Assembly: GCA_025594325.1 (NCBI GenBank)
Contig: JANHCV010000011.1
Coordinates: forward strand, 744,001-808,000
Source of the DNA: Blastocladiella emersonii ATCC 22665
Lineage: Eukaryota; Fungi; Blastocladiomycota
Direction: 5' to 3'
Length of the DNA: 64,000 bases
The translations under genes were made by a program, and so were the position numbers. Below the pieces are notes generated by a model. The model made no database searches. It had not been told where the DNA came from and was given only the letters and a program-made list of their open reading frames with translations. Within the stretch, counting starts at the first letter, position 1, and each line of letters begins with the position of its first letter. Shown piece after piece: positions 20,927-29,502 of this stretch.

Positions 20927-22009
20927 TCAGACTGGGACGCGCCTGACCCGGGTCGAGGGCTCCCTTGGCGTGACTGGGGTGCGCGCAACAGGGAGCCTTG
21001 GAAGACCTGGACCTACGCGCTGCCTTGTTGGCGGGTCCTGGGTCGCTGTGACTGGCTGGACGTCGCTTCGAGGGTAGAAGCCCTTGAGGCCTTGGACCTT
21101 GTAGCTCGGATTGCTTACGCCCGACCCCTTGCGCACGACCTGGACCTGGCTCACAGTTGTCAACCAGACCGGCTTCCCCTTGGCCTCCATGGCAGTCTTG
21201 TACGGCTCGCGGACTCGGACCTGGGTCCCTACCTTCAACAACGCGCTCAGAGGGTCGCCCTCGGGCTTGCCCTTGGCAGCTTGGATCTCCTTGAGCTCTT
21301 GCTTGGCCGTTTCGCAGGGCATGTCATGGAACGCGTTGGGTGCCTTGCTTGTGGCCCTCGACTTGCTGCTGTTGATCACAGATTCAATGGTCTTGAGGTG
21401 CTTGGGCCAGTCGTTGTTGCCCGGGATGGACAGCCACGGTGTGAGCATCCGGCGGATGGTCCCGTTCATGCGTTCAACAACACCTTGACCGTATGGCACT
21501 CCTGCCTTGCCCTTGATGTGCTTGGCCTCGGCCCCGGCCTCTATGCCAAAGAACTCAGTCCCATTGTCCGTCTGGATTGTGGCAGGTGTAAGGCTGTGCT
21601 TGGCAACCACGCTGGACCATGCTTCCTGCGTCTTGTCCTTGGTCTTGATGGGTTGGAGGTAGACGCGGCGGCTCGCCAGGTCGACACACGTGAGAATGTA
21701 ACGGAAGCCCTTGTACGTACCGTTTTCGCCCATGTCAATGAGGTCGAGCTGAAAGTTGCGGCCAGGACTTGTTGAGTTGATGCTTCGAATGTCTCGGCGC
21801 TTCTGAGGTGCGCGCTTGTACTGCTGCCACACGGACTGGTCGTTGAGCCACCGCTCGAGCTGGGCGCGGTAAATGTGCTTCCCTGTATGCTCGCGGTCAA
21901 CAATGTCAAAGAGACGGCGGATCCCGACCCCAACATGGCCGCGTTTGTAGTACAAGTCTTTCAGGTACTCGGTCTGTTCAGCAGTCAAAGGTTCTTTGTG
22001 GGCATACAT
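20927..22009 (-). CDS. Retroviral-type (rve) DDE integrase of Polinton type
   Basis: FQLDLIDM (D), IQTDNGTEF (D), QGVVERMNGTIRR (E), and a C-terminal LKVGTQVRV SH3-like segment. The catalytic triad is intact. Confidence 0.92.
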   Translation of the reverse strand: MYAHKEPLTAEQTEYLKDLYYKRGHVGVGIRRLFDIVDREHTGKHIYRAQLERWLNDQSVWQQYKRAPQKRRDIRSINSTSPGRNFQLDLIDMGENGTYKGFRYILTCVDLASRRVYLQPIKTKDKTQEAWSSVVAKHSLTPATIQTDNGTEFFGIEAGAEAKHIKGKAGVPYGQGVVERMNGTIRRMLTPWLSIPGNNDWPKHLKTIESVINSSKSRATSKAPNAFHDMPCETAKQELKEIQAAKGKPEGDPLSALLKVGTQVRVREPYKTAMEAKGKPVWLTTVSQVQVVRKGSGVSNPSYKVQGLKGFYPRSDVQPVTATQDPPTRQRVGPGLPRLPVARTPVTPREPSTRVRRVPV

Positions 22010-22037
22010 TGTATTAACAAAGGCGGAGACAAAAGGA

Positions 22038-23165
22038 TTACTGAGGCGTCATGTAGTAGGTCAGCGCAACGGGGACGCTGTGACCCATCTCGTGCGCGCG
22101 TTTGGCAATAGCTTGCTGCGCAGCAAAGTTCTCACTGGTGGAGATACGGCGGATCACTGCCACGCCGCCATCCTCAAAGCCGACCGTCTTTGCAGCCCGA
22201 CTAATCGACGTACACCAGGTGCTGCTAACCCTCTTGCGGAGCGTGGTGTCCTTGAGCTCCTCGAGGGTGTAGTTGTTGAAGACAAAGTCATGACCTTCGG
22301 CGAGACGCTGGGCGAGGATACGCTTGAGAGCGGCGGCGACCTTGGGCTCACTAACTGTGTGCGAGAAGTTGTAGCCACAGCCCTCTGTCTTGACAATGAC
22401 ATCGCCGGCCAGAATCTGGGTCTCTGGGTCGTAGTACGGGTACCCAGTGGTTGGCTTCGTGGTCAGGAACGCAGGGTCGGAGCGCACCGCACTCACAACT
22501 TGGAGGTACAGACGCAGGAGCCCCGTGCCTGAGCCCTTTGCATCAACAATAGCGGCGCAAATGGCGTCACGGCTCGGGAGCGCACCAGACTCAAGTTCCT
22601 TGCGCGCGTCGCGGAAGTCGGCAGCGTCCTGCTTCTTGGCCTCTGTGTACTTGGCCCCGAGTTCGGTCCACCCGTTCCAGGTGCAGTACTTGGCCAGGGC
22701 CTTGAGCGTCTCGACCTGCAGACCCTGGACGTTCTTGGACCCCTTGATCGCGTGGTACGTGGCCACGGCCTTGGACACGGCATCGACGTCGTGGATATCC
22801 ATGCCCGACTTGGCAAATGCAAGGAGCACGCGAGTTGTCTTGGTCTTGTCCGTGTCGCTCAGCGTGGCCTGCTCCCCGTTCTTGTCCACCACAGGCGCGT
22901 TGACACATGCCTCGATGGCATCCTCGGTCAGCTCGGCAAACTTGACCTTGGGGGTGTCGACTTCCACAGGAGTGACTTGCTGATCAGCGCCGTGATCTGG
23001 GTCATGTGACTCAATGGCCTTGAGTCGCGCGTCAAAGTCCTTGAAGCGCTTGTCAATAGACCCAAATACGGGCTGGAGCTTGTCCATGACTTGCTGCACC
23101 ACGTCTGCGGCAACATGCTGAGCGAGGGCAACGGCGACCTGGGAGGCAAGAGACTCAAGCGACAT
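22038..23165 (-). CDS. Divergent tyrosine recombinase (virophage/PLV type; candidate telomere resolvase)
   Basis: Order R (AVRSD) - K (IVKT) - R (VIRR) - H (MGHS) - Y (LTYY), with His-to-Tyr spacing of 8-9 residues. The His of the HxxR motif is absent. Confidence 0.7.
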   Translation of the reverse strand: MSLESLASQVAVALAQHVAADVVQQVMDKLQPVFGSIDKRFKDFDARLKAIESHDPDHGADQQVTPVEVDTPKVKFAELTEDAIEACVNAPVVDKNGEQATLSDTDKTKTTRVLLAFAKSGMDIHDVDAVSKAVATYHAIKGSKNVQGLQVETLKALAKYCTWNGWTELGAKYTEAKKQDAADFRDARKELESGALPSRDAICAAIVDAKGSGTGLLRLYLQVVSAVRSDPAFLTTKPTTGYPYYDPETQILAGDVIVKTEGCGYNFSHTVSEPKVAAALKRILAQRLAEGHDFVFNNYTLEELKDTTLRKRVSSTWCTSISRAAKTVGFEDGGVAVIRRISTSENFAAQQAIAKRAHEMGHSVPVALTYYMTPQ

Positions 23166-23247
23166 GGTTTACTGACTGTCAACAAAAAGGCTCCATGGGC
23201 TCAAGTGCGTTTGAACACAACGTTCTTTTTTCTGGGTAGCTGGGCCT

Positions 23248-23647
23248 GGGTCAGGGTCAGGGTCAGGGTCAGGGTCAGGGTGGTGGCAAGTCATGGGCCA
23301 TGCCAAACAAGGCACCCCCCCCCCTCCGACCCTGACCTCTGACCCTGACCTCCGACCCTGACCTCCGACCCTGACCTCCGACCCTGACCTCTGACCCTGA
23401 CCTTCGACCCTGACCTTCGACCCTGACCTTCAACCCTGACCTCCGACCCTGACCTCCGACCCTGACCTCCGACCTGGCGCCCTTGACCTGACCCCCCGAC
23501 CTGGCACCCTTGACCTGACCCCCGCCTGACCCCCGCCTGACCGCCCACCTGACCCCTGCCTGACCGCCCACCTGACCCCCGCCTGACCCCCGCCTGACCG
23601 CCCACCTGACCCCCGCCTGACCCCCGCCTGACCCCCGCCTGACCCCC
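23248..23647. repeat. Intergenic array: (GGGTCA)5, then a C-run, 13-bp (CCGACCCTGACCT) units and 11-bp (CCTGACCCCCG) units
   Basis: Directly visible between the divergent recombinase and TVpol-helicase genes. Confidence 0.9.
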
Positions 23648-23775
23648 ATACCTTTTTGCAGTGACTAACTGCACACGTACCCAGACACAGCCAGCAGCAA
23701 TAGCGATAATCGCAGCGCTTCAAAAGCACGGCCCCGCCCCCGCTCCCAGACTGCGTTTTTCCGCATCAAAGTAAA

Positions 23776-26118
23776 ATGCTTTATTCTGTGCTTAACAGTA
23801 ACTACTCGGCCATGCCCCAGCTGACCAAGATCGCCAAGACCCTCGACTACACCAAGTCCATGTTCACGGACTCGCGCCAGGTCGGGCTGCGCGAGTACTA
23901 CAACAAGGACGTGCTTGACGGGCTCTGCGCGCGGTACTCGGGCATCGACGCCGAGGTCAAGAAGAAGCTCAAGGCCTACGCGGCGCTGGCCAAGGCGAGC
24001 TACGGCGACGGCAAGGAGACCGTGTACTCGTTCACCACGCGGTCGACCTCGGTCGAGAAGAAGTTTGGCCGACTCTACGCCACGTCGCCGTCGCTCCAGA
24101 GCTTCAGCAAGGACCTCATCCGCAGCCCGCTGGCCAAGGGCGTGCTCCAGGACCTTGACATGAAGGGCGCGGCGCCGTCGATCCTCCGCGGCGTCTGCCA
24201 GCACTACAACCTTGGCCACGGCGTCTTTGACCAGTACCTCGCCAACCGCACGGCCGCGCTGGCCAAGTGGGGGCTCAGGGATAAGCAGGAGTTCCTCTCG
24301 ATGCTGTTCAATGAGTTCGTCGACCGCGACGCGGTGCACCCCGAGCTCGCGGCCTTCCACCACATGCTGTACGGCTCGCTGTACAAGCTGATCGAGAAGG
24401 ACTTTCCGCACGTCGTCAAGGCGTCCAAGCCTCGCACGGACAAGACCATGAACAAGGGCTCGGTGCTCTCCAACCTGTTCCAGGCCGTCGAGTCGATCCT
24501 CCTGATGCGCGCCATTGACTTTGCCCGCGCCAACGACCTTGTGCCAAGCGTGCTTGTGTTTGACGGGTTCATGGTCAAGAAGGACGACCGCATCAACGCC
24601 GAGCTGCTCGCCAAGATGTCCGCCGACACGCTCAAGTACACGGGCTTCGAGGTGGAGTGGGACGAGAAGGAGATCACGGTGCCTGAGTCCAAGGACAAGG
24701 GCAAGCTCCCCGACTTTTGCGAGGACCCGGCCGCGTTTGTTGCCGTGCAGCTCGAGCGTGACCCGCACTACGATGACGACTGGATCGGCAAGGTCATCTC
24801 CCACTACCTCAGCCGCGAGGTGGACGAGGACAAGCAGTCGTGGAAGGAGGCCGTGATCAAGTACGTGGGCGAGTTTGTCCGCAAGGACCTGGTCGGCGAG
24901 ATGTACTTTCGCCGCACCGTGACCAACGCGTGGGACACCAATGGCGAGGACAACGTGAAGAAGGCGTGCAGCATGGGGGCCATCAAGTACGCTCCACAGG
25001 TCAAGGCGCTCATCTTTGACATGCACAAGCCGCGGTGGGGGCCGTCGCACCAGAACGGCCTTGTGGTTGACTACTTTAACGCGTTCTATGGGTTTGCGGC
25101 CACGGACCTTGGCCGCGACATTGAGCCCGAGTCGATTGCCATGTACCTCAAGTACATTCGCAACGTGGTCTGCAGCGGCAACGAGGAAGAGTACGCGTAT
25201 GTCCTCAAGTGGATCCAGTGTCTGCTCACCACGGGCAAGGCCAATGGCGTGATGCTGCTGCTGACGGGTCTCGAGGGCGTGGGCAAGGGCAAGTTCTACC
25301 ACCTTCTGGCCCAGTACATTATCGGCCGCAAGAACACGGTGTCCATCAGCAACGGGCCGACGTGGCTCAAGGGCGAGTTCAACTCGGAGATCGCCCACAA
25401 GATGCTCGTGCTGTTCGACGAGATGCCCTCCAGCAAGCCAGCCGAGCTCAAGAACGCGTTTGACAAGCTCAAGAGCATGGTCACCGAGGACAAGCTCATT
25501 GTCAACGAAAAGTACATGAAACGCAAGGAGGTCGAGAACGTCAACAACTTTATGATCGCGACCAACAACTGCGACGTGCTGCCACTCACCAAGACTGGTC
25601 GCCGCGAGTTCGTCCTCAAGATGTCCAACATCAAGTGCCAGGACGAGAACTACTTTGGCGAGCTCGACGCGTTTGTCAAGGAGCACGCCGACGAGATCTT
25701 TACCTACATCCTCCGCCTCGACCTCTCGCACCTGACGCTGTCCAAGTTCCCGCGCAACCAGGCCCGCAACAACGCCATCATGGCGGCACTGGAGCCGGTT
25801 CCCGCGCTGGCCATGGACATCATGGAGTACGGCGGCTTCCCGCTCAACCTCCTGGACCACACGCGCCAGGTCGAAGTCGTGCAGGAGCTCGAGGCAGACG
25901 CGTTCTACGAGTTTTACCGCAAGTACGCCGAGAAGCGCTTCCCTGGCCGCTCGTCCATGTCGCAGACCAAGTTCGGCGAGTACATCAAGCGCGAAGTCAA
26001 CCCGGCCAACAAGCAGGAGCTCTTCGAGGTGACGCGTCGCACCGTGAATCGCCGCAAGCTTCACATCTACAAGTACCGCGGGCCGTACACAGTTGAGCTG
26101 TCCGACGACGAGATGTAA
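23776..26118 (+). CDS. TVpol (family A polymerase-like primase) fused to a D5-like superfamily 3 helicase
   Basis: N-terminal FGRLY...LQDLDMKGAAPSIL and LVFDGFMV. C-terminal Walker A GLEGVGKG, Walker B VLFDE and motif C IATNN. A second possible start, MPQL, lies at 23812. Confidence 0.85.
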   Translation: MLYSVLNSNYSAMPQLTKIAKTLDYTKSMFTDSRQVGLREYYNKDVLDGLCARYSGIDAEVKKKLKAYAALAKASYGDGKETVYSFTTRSTSVEKKFGRLYATSPSLQSFSKDLIRSPLAKGVLQDLDMKGAAPSILRGVCQHYNLGHGVFDQYLANRTAALAKWGLRDKQEFLSMLFNEFVDRDAVHPELAAFHHMLYGSLYKLIEKDFPHVVKASKPRTDKTMNKGSVLSNLFQAVESILLMRAIDFARANDLVPSVLVFDGFMVKKDDRINAELLAKMSADTLKYTGFEVEWDEKEITVPESKDKGKLPDFCEDPAAFVAVQLERDPHYDDDWIGKVISHYLSREVDEDKQSWKEAVIKYVGEFVRKDLVGEMYFRRTVTNAWDTNGEDNVKKACSMGAIKYAPQVKALIFDMHKPRWGPSHQNGLVVDYFNAFYGFAATDLGRDIEPESIAMYLKYIRNVVCSGNEEEYAYVLKWIQCLLTTGKANGVMLLLTGLEGVGKGKFYHLLAQYIIGRKNTVSISNGPTWLKGEFNSEIAHKMLVLFDEMPSSKPAELKNAFDKLKSMVTEDKLIVNEKYMKRKEVENVNNFMIATNNCDVLPLTKTGRREFVLKMSNIKCQDENYFGELDAFVKEHADEIFTYILRLDLSHLTLSKFPRNQARNNAIMAALEPVPALAMDIMEYGGFPLNLLDHTRQVEVVQELEADAFYEFYRKYAEKRFPGRSSMSQTKFGEYIKREVNPANKQELFEVTRRTVNRRKLHIYKYRGPYTVELSDDEM

Positions 26119-26178
26119 CAAGTCCAGAGACTCCTTTGTGAATACAACTTTGTACCTTTTGTTTACTGTACTCGCAGC

Positions 26179-27249
26179 GACCGGGTCACGGCAGCCTGGA
26201 CCGGGTTGCCCGCCCTTTGAATCGTTCGCCGTAAGCCATGGACCGGGTTCAATGGACCAAGTCGATTGAAATTCGCTCGGGGTAAGCCATGGACCGGGTG
26301 GACCGGGTTGAGGGGGTCGATTGACCTTTAGGGATTTGAAAGGGGGGGAAGAGTGGCACTGGAGCGGTCCCTCCCCCCTTTTCACTACACTGTTACTTTA
26401 AAACAACCCGGTCAACCCGGTCAACCTGGTCCATGGCTTACCCCGAGCGAATTTCATGGACCGGGTTGTCTTTGAACCCGGTCCAGTGAGCTCCAACCCG
26501 GTCCAGTTCGGGGCGGCCATCGAGAGCCGTCAGGGGCTGGTCGCCAACCTGGGTCGCTGCTTGCGTTCTTGGACTGACCGCCGACCTCTCGTGGAATTAT
26601 TCCGAGAGCCTTCAAGGGCCTATTGCCGCGACCAAGTCGCCGACCAAGTCGTGGGCCGGCTCGTGGAGTGACTCCGTGGTCGCCGACCCGGGTCGCTGCT
26701 TGCGTTCTTGGACTGACCGCCGACCTCTCGTGGAATTATTCCAAGAGCCTTCAAGGGCCTATTGCCGCGACCAAACAGATCGACTTGCAGCTGTGCTCAG
26801 GGACCAGACCAGGGAACTCTGTCAGTGGGTAGCCGCAGCTGCGCTGCTCTTCGTCTCGCTGCGCTCGCCAGCCGCCGCCGACCGCTCGGGGTAAGCAATG
26901 GTCAGCCCGAGCGGTTGGTCAGGGACGGGCTCAGGGATCTGCTCTCGGACTTGTCTCGCAGATCGACTCGCAGATCGACTCGCAGCCGTGTCCACGCGCT
27001 GTTCATCTGCACGTGACCCACGTGACCCCGCCCGCCGCCGCCCTTCTTCGGCCTTCGGCCTCCGCCCGCGTGTCGTGTTCCCTAAGGGAATCCGACATTT
27101 GAATCCGACATATTATTAACCACCCGGGGTAAGCAACGGGGTCTCACGTGGTTACCCCGAGTGACTGCTGCCAACTGCTCGGGGTAAGCAATTGGTCAGC
27201 CCGAGTGGCAGTGGGTCAGCCCATGTCGTATCCCTTAAGGGATACGACA
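26179..27249 (-). repeat. Right TIR of the PLV (1,071 bp)
   Basis: Reverse complement of 11981-13051; the ORF track gives mirror-image translations in both copies. Confidence 0.95.
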
Positions 27250-28312
27250 CATACCCGAGGGAACACCCCTCGTCAAGTTCCCAGGAACGGAACGTTCCCT
27301 TGTTCCGGAACGTTCCTGTAACGTTCCAATGTTCCGTTCCGTGCACCCTCCGGGAGGCCACAAACCGTGACGCGCCTGTCACTTCAAGCACGCCCACTGC
27401 ATGTGCTTTTCGGGACTTTGCGTCGGCGCGAGTGCGCGCCCTCGCTGCCGCTGCGAGACGGGCCGCTCCTCTCTGTGACGGTCCCCTCAAGCTGACCTCG
27501 CCCTGCGCTACGCGCCGCCTCCGCTCCGTCACGTTCCAGCCGTGCGCCCGGCGCTCCTCTCAGCTGCTCACCGTCGCGGTTGCGAGCGAGCGCGGGTCGC
27601 GAACAGCCGCGCCCCAACTGCGCGCCGTCTCGGCCCGCGATGCGCCGCTCCTTGATCGGGCAAGCCGTCGGCTCGCATGCTGAGCGCGGGGAGCCCGGGG
27701 CCGCGAGCGTCGATCGTGAGCGATCGGACGCCGTTCGGGGCGAGGTCGGCGGCGCCCGCCAGGGCCACGGCAACGTTGCATGCGGTGCCGCCGCGAACAG
27801 CGTGCTCAAGGCCGTGCCGCACGCCGCACGGCGCGCCCGCGTTGGCCAGGGCGTTGGTCTCGCGCGGGGCTGCGCGCGGGGCTGCCCGGCTGAGCGGGTC
27901 GCGAAGGACTGCTCGCGCGCGGGCGGGACGCGGGGCGGGACCAGTGTTGGCTGTCTCGCGCGCCTGGCTCGACGCCGCCGCCGTCCTGCTCAGTGCGACA
28001 CGATGAGGCGAGGCGTGACGGGTCGGAGCCTCTTGGGAGCGCGCTCAGTCAAAGCTTCGAGTTGTTGCAGTGGTTACATGACGATATATTCGCGTTAGAG
28101 CGCTGTGTGTGATGCGGAGGGATCGGGGAACAGGGGTTCGAGGGGCAGGGTGGTGGGGAGGTGGCCTGCAGCCGGCGGTCCTTGGCTGCGAAGCGGCGGG
28201 GAAGCTCTCAAAGGAGCGCGGCGGCCTGCAAAGCGGCGGGGGTGCCTGCAAAGCTGTGGGGAGCTGCCTGCAAAACGGGGTGGGCGCCTGCGAGCCTGAA
28301 ACGAATTTCGTG

Positions 28313-29044
28313 ATGGACCCCAAGTCCCCGCAGGGCCTGTTGGTGTCCATGTCGGTGAAAGGTCTCCATCGCCGCGCTGGTCCGAGATCGTCCAAGAAGG
28401 ACGTCTTCGACATCACACGCGTTGACCAGTTCCTCATGCGCGGGGCAGATGCCGGCCGGCCCTACAAGGTCGGGCCGCGGCTGGTGTACCTCATCATGCG
28501 CTTCGGGCTGCGCCGCTTCGGCTGCATGGAGAAGACCCTGCTGTCGCGGTCCAGCGTCGACGCGAGCCGGGTCCGGATGGTCGTGGCCGGTCCGAAGGAC
28601 AGGCCCACGGACACGGTCACCGTGGACATTGCTCGTTGTGCGGAGCACGCGACCTTGGACGTTGGGCTCGCTTGGAACAAGTACATTGCCTCGTCTGCCA
28701 GGCGCCGGACCACCGAGCTTGCTGACAAACTCTTCGTGTCAGTGAGCGGCCAGGTCAAGGCAATTGGGGCGGAGCGGATCGGCCACTGGGCCAAGGATCT
28801 GCTAACCGCCGCTGGTATTCCAACTGGCGAGGGCGGGTACCGCGCCTACGACATCAAGTCAGCGGCGGCCTCCCACATCGTCGCCTCGGGGGTCCCCGAG
28901 GAGACGGTGGCCAAGGGCACGTGGTCTGACGCGCGGACGCTCAAACGTTACTACCTGCGGGCGATTGTCGACGCAACAACGGCCGGGAGCGACGATGAGG
29001 AGGACAACGACGCTGGGGCGCGTACTGGGCTCCCGAGCCAGTAG
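28313..29044 (+). CDS. DIRS-type tyrosine recombinase from a truncated YR retroelement, possibly inactive
   Basis: GLRR, GPKD, LFVS, RAYDIKSAAAS (canonical HSxRxAAAS), GTWSDARTLKRYYLR. No RT or RNase H was recognised upstream. Confidence 0.7.
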   Translation: MDPKSPQGLLVSMSVKGLHRRAGPRSSKKDVFDITRVDQFLMRGADAGRPYKVGPRLVYLIMRFGLRRFGCMEKTLLSRSSVDASRVRMVVAGPKDRPTDTVTVDIARCAEHATLDVGLAWNKYIASSARRRTTELADKLFVSVSGQVKAIGAERIGHWAKDLLTAAGIPTGEGGYRAYDIKSAAASHIVASGVPEETVAKGTWSDARTLKRYYLRAIVDATTAGSDDEEDNDAGARTGLPSQ

Positions 29045-29158
29045 AGCCGCTCACGGCGTCTCTCTCCCCCTCCGTGCCACTGTCTGTTTTTTCATTTGTT
29101 TTGTTTGTTGTGCTCTCCCTCTCGAACGTAGGCACACAAGCAACGTTGTGCTCGTGAA

Positions 29159-29502
29159 GTGCGAGCACGAGCGTACGCCCAACGTTGTGAAGTGTGCCTA
29201 TCCCTCCCGACCCAACCCGGCACACTGGTCTGGTCTACCTGATCACGAAGAGGATGAACGAGAATCTCTGGCCCCGCGAACTTAGCGGGACGGAGACGGA
29301 AGAGCACGTGAGTGGCGTTGCAGCCACCGGGGTTTTTTCATCGCGGAGCCGCCGGATCCACGATTTTTCCCCAGGCCGAGGTTTTTCACCATTCCTATGG
29401 TTTTTTAAGCGGCCAAATTTTCCTTAGCAAGTTCGGTTTTATTATAGCATAATATAGAGATAGGCACACTTCACAACGTTGGGCGTACGCTCGTGCTCGC
29501 AC
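29159..29502. repeat. 43-bp perfect inverted repeat (29159-29201 and 29460-29502) downstream of the DIRS recombinase
   Basis: GTGCGAGCACGAGCGTACGCCCAACGTTGTGAAGTGTGCCTAT and its exact reverse complement. Confidence 0.85.

Larger units (their letters stand above)
11981..27249. mobile_element. Endogenous Polinton-like virus (PLV), 15,269 bp, TVpol-helicase type
   Basis: 1,071-bp TIRs and TG...CA termini. CATAC is duplicated at 11976-11980 and 27250-27254. Intronless open genes for major and minor capsid, A32-like ATPase, fibre, rve integrase, tyrosine recombinase and TVpol-SF3 helicase. Confidence 0.93.
7983..27350 (-). mobile_element. hAT DNA transposon (~4.1 kb net), interrupted by the Polinton-like virus insertion
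   Basis: Imperfect terminal inverted repeats TAGCGTGCACGGAAC (7983) and GTTCCGTGCACCCTC (27336-27350). GGAAC/GTTCC subterminal repeat clusters lie at 7990-8080 and 27255-27345, and a hAT transposase lies inside. No 8-bp TSD was found, so the pairing of the two ends is inferred. Confidence 0.6.

Noticed and set aside
23248-23277. Telomeric repeat
   Set aside because: Only five GGGTCA units, internal to the virus, and not TTAGGG.
23665-26385. 906-aa minus-strand ORF, and similar long antisense ORFs at 16976-18583, 45544-47859 and elsewhere
   Set aside because: Shadows of strongly GC3-biased sense genes; no recognisable motifs.
11981-27249. Classical Maverick/Polinton
   Set aside because: No protein-primed PolB and no cysteine protease. 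The ends are TG...CA with a 5-bp TSD rather than AG...CT with 6 bp.
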